Below, piece by piece: positions 12,301-26,800 of a stretch of 62,812 nt of DNA. A program made the translations under genes and the position numbers. The notes under the pieces were generated by a model that saw nothing but the letters and a program-made list of their open reading frames with translations, made no database searches and was not told where the DNA came from. Origin of the DNA: Seison nebaliae (taxonomy: Eukaryota). The stretch lies in NCBI GenBank assembly GCA_023231475.1, contig JALJEE010000646.1, positions 1-62,812 of the forward strand, read 5' to 3'. The stretch's first letter is position 1. Each line of letters starts with the position of its first letter.

Positions 12301-13607
12301 TCATTCTCATTCGTCCATTGACATTGTTGTTCTTCATTCATCATCTCATTTATCGTTGTACCACTAGTTGTTGTTGTTATGTGGTTGGATGAAGCATTTG
12401 ATGAATCATCATTAAATGTATTAAAAACATTATGTCCTTCATCTGATTTCACTTGTGAATTATTATTCGACATTTGAAGTAAATTTAAAAAATTTAAACA
12501 TGCCGTTTGTTTATTATTATTATTTCCATCACTTCTTTCCGTTTGTTGTTGTTGTTGTTGTTGTTGTTGGATTGTATTTGATTCATTTTTCATTTTGAAT
12601 ATATTCGCTAATAATTCGATGGCAGTTTTCGTCGATGTCGTTCCATCACTTCCTGATGTCGATAATGGAGATGATGTGGATGAAGTGAATATCGGCCCTG
12701 TTATCATTGACGATGATGATAAGAGTGAAGATTGTCCTTGTGAAAGATGATCAATTGCCAACAACGATGATGATGATGATGATGATGATGATTGATTATT
12801 ATCAAACATTAATTCAGACGTATTTGAATTTGAGGTTTGTGGAACGTTCATTAAAGAATTGGAAATTTCAATTGTTGTCGAATTCGTTTTATCTGTGTTG
12901 TTCGATGAATTGTAAATAGAATCATCATTCTCATCAATAGTTTTTAAACAGACGTCACCAGTTGCATCATATTTCTCCAAATCGATATGATACATTGGAG
13001 GAACAGAGAAATTATATGGAGAATCAGTCGATTTCTGACGTTCCTTAAACAGCGTATTACGGAACCAATGTTTGATGACTTTTTGTGGTAGACCGGTCTC
13101 CTTTTGAATTTCAATCATTTCATCATCATTTGGTGAATTATTCAAATTGAAATATCTCCTCAAACATTTGAGTTGGATGGCCGTTATTCTCGTTCTCATC
13201 CGTTTATTGGCCGTTGTCGTATTGAGAGAAGGAGAGGGGATTTCGTTCGACGTCGACACAGAAGTGATTGCCATAGAAAAAGTTGAAGTTGGAGGCGGTT
13301 GTTTCGAATTCTCATCAACATAATTCGAATGATCTTTTCCATTCTTCTTATTAGATTTCCCGTCAACAACGTCGCAACTACTGCCACTGCTACTGCTGCT
13401 GCTGCTGGCACTGCCACAACTTCCACCGGTAGTAATTCCGTTATGATTCCCGTTGAAGTTATTAGTGAAATTTTCATTCAAATCATTTCCATTCATGATA
13501 GCTGACGATGATGATGAAGATGCGGAAGTAGTAGATGCGAGTGTAGCTAATGCATTAGTGAAGAGTTGAGTAGAAATCATATTATTCTCATTTACAGCAT
13601 CGATCAT
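9393..13607 (-). CDS. zfh2: Zinc-finger homeobox transcription factor, ZFHX3/ZFHX4/zfh2 family: 4 homeodomains plus 1 C-terminal C2H2 finger
   Basis: HD1 KRMRTRIT...[33 protein letters not shown] (ZFHX signature); HD2 ...NAYPKD...[11 protein letters not shown]3 ...[20 protein letters not shown]4 RRVRTQM...[26 protein letters not shown]. Intron 9495-9545 joins CKIC...ARR to NHLFSSEH, completing the finger. Stop at 9393-9395, although a further small 3' exon is possible. Linkers are poly-Q/N/S/T. Confidence 0.95.
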
Positions 13608-14340
13608 TCAAAGTAACACTGATGATGAGGGGAGTGAGAGTGTCATACAATTTCTGTCCGTCCAATCAAGGAGATGAGTATGAGAGTGATACCAATTTCC
13701 ACCGAATGGTTTCAATTCTTATCTGTCAATTCTAACACGAAAGAAATCTGACGAGAAAAAATGATGTTGTTCATTAGAAGAATTAGAAGAAATCATTTAT
13801 CCGATTGGAGAGGAAAGACACGAGAGTTCTTCAACAGAACAATCGAAGATCTAATTTCAACAATCAAATTGACATTTATAACAATCACATTCCAAATAGA
13901 TAATGTGAAGAAGATCAGGAGGAATAATGAGAATTACAATTGAAAATAAAATCGAAGTTAATCTCATTATTTCAACAACAACAACGACGTCGACGACGAC
14001 GACGATGATGATGAGAGAAAAGAAGAACCTCAATAAATTCTCTTTTTTCCATCCGTAATCAAATGAATTTATATTTAAACATATTTTAAGTCATTATTCT
14101 GCATCTAATGATCAACATAATAATGACGATGGTGTTGAATGAACGACGACGACGACGACAATAAAGATGATGATGGAGATATTGTTGACGATTAAAAAAT
14201 TATTTGATGAATCAAAATCATTAGAGGAATCTGATCATTATGATCAATAGAGTAGGAAATGTATTTCCCTAATTATTTAACTTAAATCAATTCATAATAA
14301 TCAATCACAACTCATTACTAATGTTCAATTCAGATTAGCC

Positions 14341-14362
14341 CACACACACACACACACACACA
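14341..14362. repeat. (CA)n microsatellite
   Basis: Direct inspection. Confidence 0.9.
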
Positions 14363-16733
14363 TTGACACACACATGTGCACACATATAAGAGCCAAATGA
14401 GAACAGTCAGGAAAATGAAGACGAAAAAATCATTCAAATTACAATCATTACTAAAATCTTTTCTTAATGATAATTGTTCAATGAAACCATAATCATCAAT
14501 TCATCATTGAATTCTTCTTTCGCCAATTTACATCGACAATATCGATCAACCGTCTCAGAAGTGATCGACGAGATGGAGAAATAAAGTTAAAAATCGATTA
14601 ATAATCATCATTATCCTGCTGCTTCACATACATTAACTGATGTCGCTCAATCTCCTAATTGATATATGACGAATTATCTGGTAATCAAACCATCTGCCTG
14701 CCCACTACTCTCATTCTTTCGATTTAGCTTATCTTCTCATTTCGTGTCGACAACGGATAATTGGAAAGAAAAATTCTGTTTATAATTTTCTTTCGAATAA
14801 AAAATTTCAATTAATTCCTTCTATTGTTCTATCGATATTCAATAATTTCTTCATTATCTTATTATTAATTTCTCTTTCAATTACTTATGAATTAAATTAC
14901 GTCAATTACATAAGATGAATTTGAACGAATTAATACGAGGAAAATAGTTGACAATAAAATTTTGACGAAATGTGACAATAACTAACTAACTAAAATGAGG
15001 AAAAAAGAAGAAGATCAATAATTATCAAATAAGAAATTATTTTCTTAACTAAATCGATTCGATAAATAAATTGTACTGATCTGCTAATGATGCGATAAAG
15101 AGAATCGACCACATCAACGCTGATAATGTTCCATTCCCATCAGACGGGAGGAGGTAGAGAGGAGAGACTTAGCGAATTGTCTGTCTATGTATCAATTACT
15201 GTTGATATAATGAATTAATAGAAAAATGAAAAACAAATATATGAAGAATATATTAATATTTATCCTTTCATCTGTATGATCCCCGCACTAATAAACATCC
15301 AATTCATTTTTCTTCCGAAAAATCTCATATTATCACGACAAATGTTCTGTCTCCAAAACTTCCCTTCTCCAATTCATTTAATGTGCATCAATTATAATGA
15401 TATCAATCGAGAATTATACTTGAATTATTTTCCGTCTAACTCATTTATTGGACAACTCAATCGAGTTCGATATGTTGACGGAACGAAATGAAAAGAATGA
15501 GAGTCAGTTTCTGAAAGAAATTCCTTTTTAATTAAGATCAATTCTCCACAGATCATCAATCTTGAAATAATCTCATGCAGAAAGATAACAAGATTATTAT
15601 TGTTGGACATAAAACAAGGAGAATTTTCGGGTTTAATTTCTAATGATAAGAAATGATATAATGTTGAATGGAACTCGATTGGAGGAAAGGTGATAGGTCG
15701 AAGTGCCATGAAAACTTACAATTGTTGATTGACGATAATGAGTGTCTGAAGTAGACTTAATAGAGACATGTGATAATGACAAAGGAAAGGAATATTTCCC
15801 TCAAAAATTAATGTGAAGTGGGGAAAATGATTTCCTTGGGAAGTATTTGAGGAATTATGAAATTGGATGTGAGGCAAAACGAAATAAAGAAAAACTTGAT
15901 AATTATTGAAAACTTCTCAGACAACATTTATTAATGAGGCGATGAGTGAATGAATGAATGATTAACTGTTAAAATCGAACATTCTCGATGATTCCAACAA
16001 TTCACCCATGGAATCTAACCAATAATAAGATATTAACATTCAGTTACGTCACAGAATATGAAGAACAAAAACTTCATTGAGTTCGATAAAATGAGTTTGG
16101 AAGAAACTTGAAATTTTTTTGAAAAAGTTCAGAAAAAACTTCCAAGTTATCTCTCACCAGTCCAGAGAGAGTGATGAACGAAAGAAAAAAAGATTTGGAT
16201 TGTTCCAAACGAGATATTTCCAGATGGAAAATTTCAAATTTCGGCTTCCCAATTTTGGGTTTGAGAGAAAGTGGCTCTGTCCAGAAACACACTGACTCAC
16301 AATTAATGAAGCTCGCTAGAGTTAGTGAAACTGTGAGAATTAAAGAGATTGACATTTGACGGGAAGTAATTAGATTGTTGGAGATGAGAGTTAACGAATA
16401 AATGTAATTGGATTCATAGGGAATGTGTTGAAAGGAAATTAAAATGGTTTAATCGATTTACTAATTAATTTAGACATGTCTACGATAATTGGACGATTAA
16501 TTTGTTCGGGTGAGAGTGTGAGAGAATTGAAAGAAAGAAAGTTTCGGCTAATTACTGATTAACAAATAATTTTTGAGGGATGAAGATGTTGAAGAAGAAG
16601 AAGAGAAAGAATTCGATTAAGTCGCTTCATTCGAAATGATAATAGAATGTTGATGATGGTGATGGTGTGTGAATGTGAGATAGAAAAGAAAATAGAATGA
16701 CTGAATAAGAATTAAAATGAATACAGAAAATTA

Positions 16734-16758
16734 TTAATTAATTAATTAATTAATTAAT
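16734..16758. repeat. (TAAT/ATTA)n tetranucleotide array
   Basis: ttaattaattaattaattaattaat seen directly. Confidence 0.85.
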
Positions 16759-17990
16759 CTGTCGGATCGGTTTTTTCCTCCAATTATGGCTCTTTGTCTC
16801 TCCTACACATGAATGAGGGGGAAGACGAGGAGAGAGAGAAAATGAGATAGATAGGAAGATAATGAATGAAGACAATGAAAGAGAATTAGAAAGGAAAAAA
16901 GGAAAAATTAAACGAGAATAAAAACATAGAAACTTTCCTTTTGAATATTGATAGAAATAAAAATTAAAATGAATTAAACAGAAGGAGAGAGAGAGGAAGA
17001 GAGAGTCGTGAGCAACGAGAAGAGAGTCGACATACATCAATCATATGAATGTATTATGATGGTAGAGGAGTGAGTTAGAGAACTCGTTGTCGTTATTGTT
17101 ATTTGTCATCATTATCATGATGATGGTGATGATAATTATAATATATTTCTTGATATTTATTAATAATTATCATCATCATCTTCATCTCTTTAATAAGTAT
17201 AATTGCTGTAGAAATTAATTAACATTTAAGGCAATTTATCATCAAAGCAATTATCCCTAATGTACATATTAACAGCCGCTGTTAATGTTATAATCATTAA
17301 AGGAATTTTCTTTCATTCAATTTCTCTTTTCGTCCAAAATAATTCTTTCTAATTTCTTCTCTCCATTCTCACTCGTTCTCATGAAGACATCAACTGAATG
17401 ATGATGATGGTGATGTTGATTGAAAGCAACTCCATAGTTCTTTTGAATAATGGGAAAAATTAGAATTTTTATTACAATCTCTATCATCTTATCTTTTCAA
17501 TTAATTTCTTTCATCGTCACTCATTATTCTCATTATTAATTCGTTTTATCCTTTAATTTCCCTCAAATATTTCCACATTAATTCATCATTCGATCGCAGC
17601 ATCTGCTATCACAACATTCTCAATTACTTATTCTCTCTATTATTCTTACTTCTTTTATAATCTTAATCGAACACAATCCACTCACATCAAACAACACCAG
17701 TAATTAAATATTTTCGCAACCCATCTCTGGACAGTTGGCAGAGAGAGACCACTTCCCTACTCCGATTTCCTCCTGTACTTCCTTCTTAATTCCAAATGGT
17801 CTCCTCCTTTCTAATTTAAGCCATCTGCTTAACTGACATATCTCAGAATAAGAAGATGTTAATTAGAAAAGTTGAATGGATGAGATATCTGCTGAATTCT
17901 CAGAACAAACGAATTTCTGATTCTCCACTTTTTACCAAAGCGGTTTTCTTCTTGAAGGAGATATCGATTAATGTAAATTTAATTAAAATA

Positions 17991-18050
17991 AATTGGTCTA
18001 ATTAATACACTCTTTGATGAGGATGGAAGAGAGTGTATTGTTAACCAATT
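17991..18050. ncRNA. Imperfect ~60-85 nt hairpin, candidate pre-miRNA or structured element
   Basis: aattggt pairs with accaatt, and taatacactctTT pairs with AGagagtgtattg around a 12-nt loop. I recognise no known miRNA family. Confidence 0.22.
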
Positions 18051-20771
18051 CTTTTGTTTGATTAGTATCGGTCTCTTACCTCAATTTCAAATTTGTTTTG
18101 TATTCGGAAAACCTTCTGTCTGATTCCCGTCGAGGGAAATGAATAAGGAGAAATTATAGAATAATTGCTTCTTTCATTAACATTATAATTATATTAATCG
18201 TTCCCATTAGGAATTGTTGATTACTCTTAATTGTTCTTATGGGTCTAATTTGTATTCGTTCCACCCTCCGGCCGTCTTATTCACCAGTTGGTGAAGAGTA
18301 TATTTTTGTTTACTGCCAAATGCATCTCTTCCCCTCTCTCTCTCACTCTCTCACTCACAATTCTGCTGATTGATTCTATTGTGTACGGACAGTGAATGAA
18401 TGAATCGAACGGATTGATGAATAATTAAAAGAAATAATGGTAATTGGCAAATGAAAAAAAAATTTCATTGAAATATTTAGTGGAAGAAATAATTAAATTC
18501 CTCATCGTCTTATTAGTAATTTGTCGAAAAAAAAAATCGTTTTGTCATCCTGTACATGTACCAGATTTCACATGATATTAATTTAATTAATGGAATCATT
18601 CTATTAGAAATCTCCTCCCCAATCTTCTTCCCACATCTGTTTTACCTCATTATTATCATTCTCATTGTTGTTGTTGTTGTCATTATTGGGGGATTAAAAT
18701 ACGATTTTTCTTTCCTTTAACTCGATGATGGACGATAATGTTAATATGCAGTTCCATGAACTTCAAAACAGCAGTTCATTTGCGAAGTCGTATTAGAAAT
18801 GAGAATGTCGTAAAGTTATATCGAAGAAAGAAAATTAAGAAGAAACAGTTGGAAGAAATTTAATCGATGAGGGAGCGGATTAGTGACATAAAACGTAATA
18901 ATAACTAATTATTTTTCCATTTGCGTTAGAGTTCATTAAACGAAGTGAGATGAAATGTTTATAACGAGATGAATCATGAAGATGGTATGTCACGTACATG
19001 ACGTGGGAGAAGAACAATATGGTCAATAATGAATCAAATTAACGATTTTGCATGAACAATGAATTACGTAATTAACACTTAACAGGAAATACGACATAAA
19101 ATTTAATTTTGATCACTGTTAGATGAAAATGGAATATCTTGTTAATATCGATGGTGGAGTATTTTGTTTTTATTGAATACTGATGTTTTGAGTCCGTCGT
19201 TTTTCCGGTTCGAATGTATGTGATGAAAGAAGAAAAAAGGACAAATAGCAGATTAAATGAAAATGGGACATTTTGTTCTTGTATAAAATGCAAATGGACA
19301 ACTCGTACACGTGCTTAATAATTATGGGACAATTGGTCACTCTTAAAATTATTCACAGAACCTACGTTTGAATGTTTATTTTATTAGAGTTTTGAATTTA
19401 GTTCGAATCGAACCAACTTAACCTTGTATAATAGAATAGAATTAGTGGGATATTGAAGAATTGGTGAATAGAACAAAAGTTTGAATGATTGATAACCAAT
19501 TTGAGATCGGTAGTTGGCAGGAGAGAAAGATAGTGGTATGTATGAGAATTATTGGAGAAATGGAATGAATTTTGTGCTCAATTTCACATAATCTAATTTC
19601 GCTGGATTAATTAATGAATTCGAATAAATGAATTAGGTGGAATTGTTTTCGGATCGATTTTCTTCTTGGAAACGTGGTGGTTGCAGAATTTGGACTTGAG
19701 TCGAAATGGAAGACTCGCGCTAATATGGAGAGATTATGAGAATGGTAATATGAGTTAAGGAATCATGAAATGACACTAATAATCGATGAAGAATAAGTGA
19801 AAGAGGAAATATTGTGAAAATATTTGAATTAGTAGAACGAATTGTGTCGAAAGAATAAAGGAGGTGAAATGAATATTATTCAATGTTGTTGGAATTGTCG
19901 TTCGAGAGACGATGCTGAAGAATAACTAACTGGAATGAGTGAGCGGGGAGTGGGAGAGAGTGGAATGAAAGAGAACTGCTAGAAAGGAACTGCTAAGGAG
20001 AAGAATCAAATTATTATTAGGAAATAATTCTTTTAATGCTCGATGATTAGCGGTAAATAATGAAATTGAAGATATTTCTAACACATCCCCTTGAAACTAG
20101 TTTGATGAGATGAAATAAATAGACAGTAATGATAATTGATAGACTCTCTCTATTATTTATAATTTGACATTACTATTATCGCCATCGTCATCAATATTGG
20201 CCGGGCACTGGAATTGATGATGATATTGCCGTGAAATAGAATACGTGGGAGATGGTATGCAGGCAGATGGGGGAGATGGAAGGGAATGAGGAATATTCAT
20301 CGACAATTCAGTTCGTACCCTAACAATTTCATTAATAAATACAATGAATATCATTCATGAGCAATGAAACGAATGAACATTTATTATTCATCTTATTTAT
20401 GATAAATGAATCAATCAATAAATGAGAGACTGAAGATGAAATAATTATGAGAAGGTGATCGTTGAATTAAATTAATAATAATTGATTGTCGATGCTCATA
20501 CATAAATAATTGAACAAAGGAGACTCATTAAATGGGAGTGAGGAATGCAAACAGTTTTTAGGGAAAACGATCAATATGGTATGATCGGCGAGATGAGTCC
20601 TAATGAAAGAGGAAAAGATATAAGAGGACTACTGAAAGAATTCCTTTTTATTTCTAATTTCTCCTCTCATCTCATTCAATCTCATTTATCTTCCTATCCA
20701 TAATCATTATAAGTAATAATTATGATGATTATAGAAATAATTATTCTTATAATAATGACGACAACGACAAC

Positions 20772-20804
<33 letters not shown>
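20772..20804. repeat. (GAT)n microsatellite within a larger ATG/ATA-rich low-complexity tract
   Basis: Direct inspection; it explains the poly-Met and poly-His ORFs at 20707-20922. Confidence 0.9.
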
Positions 20805-20805
<1 letters not shown>

Positions 20806-23800
20806 GCGATAATCATTCTTATAATGATAATGATGTTGATGACAATTAGAATGAGAATAATGAAAATAATAAGGTTGATGAGATTCGAGTTCTTCTTTCA
20901 TTCCCTCCGATATTCCTTATGATGCTGATGATAATGAAGATGGTCATCATCATGATGCCTGTTTTTATCGAGTACCCAAATACACGAAATATGGAGTACA
21001 TAGGAAATTATAATGAAAATTCCATTTTCTCCGATGTCGCCCCATTGTTGTTGTTCTTATAATTATTATTCTTCTTCTTGTCTTCCAATTAATTATAATA
21101 GAAAATGGGGGTAGATGAGTACATGTATGTATGGATGGAAGTATAATAACGATGACGACAAGAACAACGATGCTGATGATGATGAATAAAAAAGATGAAG
21201 AAGAAAAAGAAGATTAATTATCATAGTAATTAATTTTAATTGAATATATTGACAATCATAATAAGAAGAACACGAACAACAACGACAAAAACAGTAGACG
21301 AAGCACCCCAAAACAACAATAACAACAACAACCTAACAGTCAATCGTATGGTAATTGTGGATATGTTGTGATAATTACTCTACTCTGAATTATCGTTCAT
21401 TCTTATTAACATCCCATCGAACCGAAGAGATGAAATCTTCCAAGATATCAATTGCCTAAAAAGAAAAAAACCATCATCTACCGATGAAATGGTGATGAAT
21501 AAGAAGATTTTAAAAATCGATATCTCGAAATGATTTAACGTGTTTGATGAAAATGGAAATTGAATAAATCAATTTTCGAAGAATAATCTCTTGGAAACCG
21601 GAACTTCCATTACAATGACACTGAATCAGTGACAGGAAAAGTTTGAGTGTCTAATTTATTTGGAGACAGTTAAACAGAATGAATTACATCGTTATGTAAT
21701 ATTGAATGTAATGAATCATTGGGACTTTTTCTTTTTGGGAAGCAATTCTGATATTGGAGGAAATTGGTCGGATAAATCAGTAGAATGGAAGAAATGGTAG
21801 GGTGGAAGAGAATGAATAGTTGAGGAACAATTTGACGTGATGGAGGGGAGGAGGATGTGGAGGATAGTATTATTGAATTAAAGTTATGAAATTGTCGAAG
21901 AATAGAAATTAAGAAGAAAACTATTAATTGGATAGAATCCATAAAATTCATCTGTTTGATTGTGCAAAATTCATTTGTGGATTAAGGAGAGGACATGCAT
22001 TAAATAAAAGATTCATTCGTTCACTATTCGTTCGAGAAAGGAAATTGTTTCTTCTTCATATATTCCTCATGATGACTATGATGCTAATGAGGAAGTGAAG
22101 AACGAAATTGAGTTAATAAATGGAAGATGAAGAAGAAGATTATTAGTAGAATGGGAATAATTCAAATAACAATAATGAAATGATTAATAAATTTTCTTAT
22201 TATTATTACTCGTTTCAGCGCATGTTTCTATGCATGTTGAGTGCACATATACAAATGTGTGTGTGTGTGTGGTTTAATTAAAATTTTCTTTACCAAATTC
22301 AATTTTCTCAATTACATCTACTCAATTAGATGTCGTTAAATTGCGTATCTTCTACGCACCATCTAATACGTGCCGGAGTGACATGAATCATTCATATATT
22401 GGAGTGCATTAAATAGAGTAAGAATAATAACAATCCTTATTGATATTATGATAATCCTTCTCTTATAAATATAAGTATTAATTAGATGAAATCCTTTATT
22501 CATACCACTCGTCCAAACAACACTAGTCAAATTCACTAGTGTAATATTACGTCGATGGAATGGTTAGCGACTGAATAATTTAAATAATAAATCGGTGAAA
22601 GGCACGAATGGTTATGATGATGATGATATTCTTCGTGATTATAATGATATTAATAATGAAATATAATGAAGAAGCAATAAAGAATGAAGAAGATGAAGAA
22701 GAAAAAGAAGAATGATTAAGAAGAAAAAGGAAGAAGGATGGAAGAATAAGGAGCGAAAAAAGCAATAAAAGGTGTCGAATGATGTGAACAGACATGCTAA
22801 TAAATTGAAATAACTGAGCAGATTATAATATAAGAGCAATTAATTTATCTGATAAGATAATTAATATCAATAAAATGCTTTTATTCAATTGAATGCTTAG
22901 TTACTGCTCAACGTACTCATCTTCCTTCTCTTATCATTCTCATTCTCCATCGTTCCTATCTTCATTCATCAGCTAATATGCAATATTATTCTCATTATCT
23001 TTATTGTATATCTATCAATCCATTCGCCAATCTACTTCGTCTCTATTATCTCTTTCGGGAGCTGTTCCAATCATCCGTCCTCTGCAATGCCCTCCACCCC
23101 GCCTGCTCTCCCGAATGATGTTAGACAGCAACTGGAACCAAACGATCATATTAATTTTGAATTTAATGCAGTTCAATTTATTCCTAACAATTCGTCAGAT
23201 CTAATTAGATCGACTGGATAAACTGAATGATAAACATGAAGCACATTAACCAGGATGTACATTTCGCCCATCGAATCTGTGGGAGATATCGTGAAATTTC
23301 CCGTTTCTCTAATTGCCACCTGAAAACGAATGAGGAATGTGATGGGATATGAGATGAATGTGAGAATGGAAGAGGAGGATAAACGAGAAATTAATAAAGA
23401 AACTTTAGCATTTAACTTAAAGACCAGAAAGCTGAAGTGATGTAAAATGAGGGAATGGATTCTCTTTTATACGACAATCAACATTTCGTTTTTCGTCATT
23501 CTCCAAGATGAATGAGATGAGTGAATTAATGAATAATGATTGAGGAACATATATTAACATTAGTATCCGCCGTCGATTTTAAGGAGTACAGTTTAACTAC
23601 TCAAGAAAAGGAGAAAGGAAAGGAATTTTAATAGAATATGAATAATTAAATAATAATTGTCGAATGATGATATTACATCATACATTATATGATATTAGTA
23701 TATGAAACGATCAGGAGAATAATGAAAGGAAATTGAAGTTGATGAATTATTATGTAATTTGCATCGAACGAAAACGGAATGGAAAATGTTTTATGACTTT

Positions 23801-26800
23801 ATTCCTCCTCCCATATTTCTCCTCCTATATTTTATTCTTCTGCTACAATTAGCTTTCTCCCTCATCATAATTCTGTTTTAATCCATCCACTTCTTTCTTA
23901 ACAATTTCATGAGATTCCCTCCCATTTGTTTAGTTATTAATTCTTCTTCTTATTACTCAACTAATCATCTAATAACATCTAATAATATTATCATTTCCTC
24001 TAATTCCTATCATCATTATCAATACCACTAATCATACGTAATCAGTCGATACAGGGTTATCCAGTCCATGTCTACTCATATCCGTTCCGACATTTACACG
24101 GACCAAATAAATTCCTCAAGTAAATAAATGTCCGACATCCAATCGGAGAACTGAATACCAAACATAAACAACATTATGTAATAGACAAAATATAAATTAT
24201 TATAATAGCGTCAATGATAGTAATTGTAATTAACTTTCTAATTATGAACATGATAATTTCATTATGAACGAAAAGGTAATTCCTTCTTCCAATCAATCTC
24301 ATTTCATCCATTTCCTTCACAATACATACAGCACGTAAATGCTTCTTCAACTCACTCACTCTTTTCTTCTTCTCCTTCTTCTTGTTGTTGTTGTTTCGTA
24401 CGAAACACGTTCCCAGTTTCCAACTCTTACCTCATGTCTCAATCTATAAATGAACTTATTTAATTCTCATTAACTTCCTATTCAATTCATCGATAATATT
24501 CTCATCTATTTCTCCTTTAATTTCCATAGAATTTAATTCAATTAAAATTTTCAATAATTTTAAATAAAAAAACTTCATTTCACCTTCTAATCAATCAGTC
24601 CAAATGAAAATGACATTAACTCTTTTTTCTTTCTCATTATTTTTGTACGACAAAATTTTCGATTATTTTACATTTCGCCATCATCATCCAGTTATTACAT
24701 CATTATCTTCTTAAAAATTATTTATCGAAAAAGACTACTGAATTACCTTCCCAATAACCGTTTTATTCTCCGTTTATAAATTTTCGAAAGATCTGTCTGA
24801 ATTTTCAAACAAACGAATCTGATGATTTATTGATGGAGTTCACTATAAATATAGTTTCAATATAAAAGAATCTATTTAAAAAGTTAAAAAGGTAAAAATA
24901 ACATTAGTACTTGGAACTTGAACATTGGAAGAAAAGAAAGAACTTTAGAAGAAGTTGAACAATTTCCTGAAACATATCTACTTAATTGTAGATAGAGTTA
25001 CAAGACTTGCGTATTAGACTTATAAAAATAATAAATAATATTAGACTTGCTAAATAAGGACATTTCCATGTTCTTAGAAAAAAAGGTTTGATCTATAAAA
25101 TTTCGGAAATTTTAACTAATAAACCTGAGACTATGCTTTAGTTGCTTTGATGGATTAGGTCGGATGTAATTGTAAATGAAATGTTTACTCAACTTACCTT
25201 ACTGAAACTCAACTAATTCATCGACGGCAAATAATAATCGATAATTAATAAAATGTATTGAAATTAGTGCTCGTCGTTCAAGCTCATTGTAAATGAAGCA
25301 GAAGGAAAACATGAATTAAAAACACTCAATTGGTTTATTATTAAGGAACAGCGGAAAAAAGAAGGAAAAATCGAATCAATGAAATTGATGTTATTCGTGT
25401 TCGTTTCTGTGATTTGGTCCGTATGTATTGTATCCATGCTGTATGGTTATACCTAAAATGTTCGTTGACTGCAACATATTAAGCGAAGTTTGCATGAGAT
25501 GGTATTACATAATCAAATATTGTTAAGGACCAAATATTTGGGAGTTTAATAGAAGAACTTATAGAACTCAAATGAGAAATGTTGTTTATTGAATTAATTT
25601 ATTTCAAATAATTTCTCCCAACTTATTATTTATAATTCGTTCTTCTAATAAATTGGTCGAGAAGAATTGAATTATTCTCTCATTATTATTATCGATATAG
25701 ATGGAAGAATAAATGAATTCCAAATGAATAAGCATGATTCTCGTTAAACTGAAGTAAGGGAGAAGAAAAAGAAGAATGAATAAATTTGAATTAGTAATTC
25801 AACGAAAAATTATTCGTAATGAATTAGAGATTAATGAAAAGTTTTCTCTTAATAAATTTTCTCAATTTCTTTTAAAACATGCTCATCATTACCATTATTT
25901 TTCATGTTAATACTCGACGAGCATAAGGAATTGTGAAGCGTAATAGGAAAATGAGAAATATCCTAAGTACAACTGCAGAAATGCCAAGAAACTAATTCGA
26001 ACGAATAAACGAATAAATGAGACATGGTACGTATAGAACCGATGTAGATTGAAGTAATTAGTTAAGATAGAGATCGAAATAATTTCGTTCTATTCAAATA
26101 AAGTAATTTTCTTTTAACTCTTTCGGAATTGTATTTCGTCTCCTCTCGTCTACATGTTTCAAATACAATTAATTCAAGCGAATAATTGAAATGTTTAAAT
26201 GAATTAATTGATCACAATTATCCAGCGATGCAAACGATCATTACTCATTTTCACCGTAATTAAATTCGTTGTTTCTCATTCAATCGTTCAATTCCTAATA
26301 ATGTTTAATTATATTTCGCATTAGACGAAATTATTACTGTTATTCTATTCTCTCACAGTAACTCACTTATTCGGCGCTCTCTCTCCCTTCTCTATTCCTG
26401 TTGACGAAAATTTTTTACAATTTCTTCTTTTCAGTATCCGTTTGAGCATGTGTGTGTGTTCTTCAATAAATTTATTCAATCAATTAATCAATAAATTGTA
26501 ATAACATTCTCCCTAGAATTGCTTCGACATCGCTCTTCTGATTGCCATTATCGATCAAAATGAAATTTTTTCAATTAGTAATCGAAAGAGTTTTCTCGAT
26601 TTATAATGGAATTTCTAATTATTCTTCAAATAACACTTAATGATCCAATTCAATCACGACCTCCAGTATGCTTTAGTATCATATAATTGACATTGACCAA
26701 TATATTCGTTTCCCATTTCTATACATTGACAATTTTCTAACATTTGAAAAAAATGATTTACTACTCTTAAGCTTATGCAATAGTCTATGGATAGACTTGT

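Noticed and set aside
9941..13505. Many short ORFs overlapping ZFHX (poly-V, poly-M, poly-I, poly-D)
   Set aside because: They are alternative-frame or antisense readings of CAA/CAT/TCA codon repeats in the real gene.
20707..20922. Poly-His and poly-Met ORFs
   Set aside because: Products of a (GAT)n microsatellite.
24392..24407. Perfect 16-bp palindrome TGTTTCGTACGAAACA
   Set aside because: A few palindromes of this size are expected by chance in 63 kb of AT-rich DNA, and there is no supporting context.
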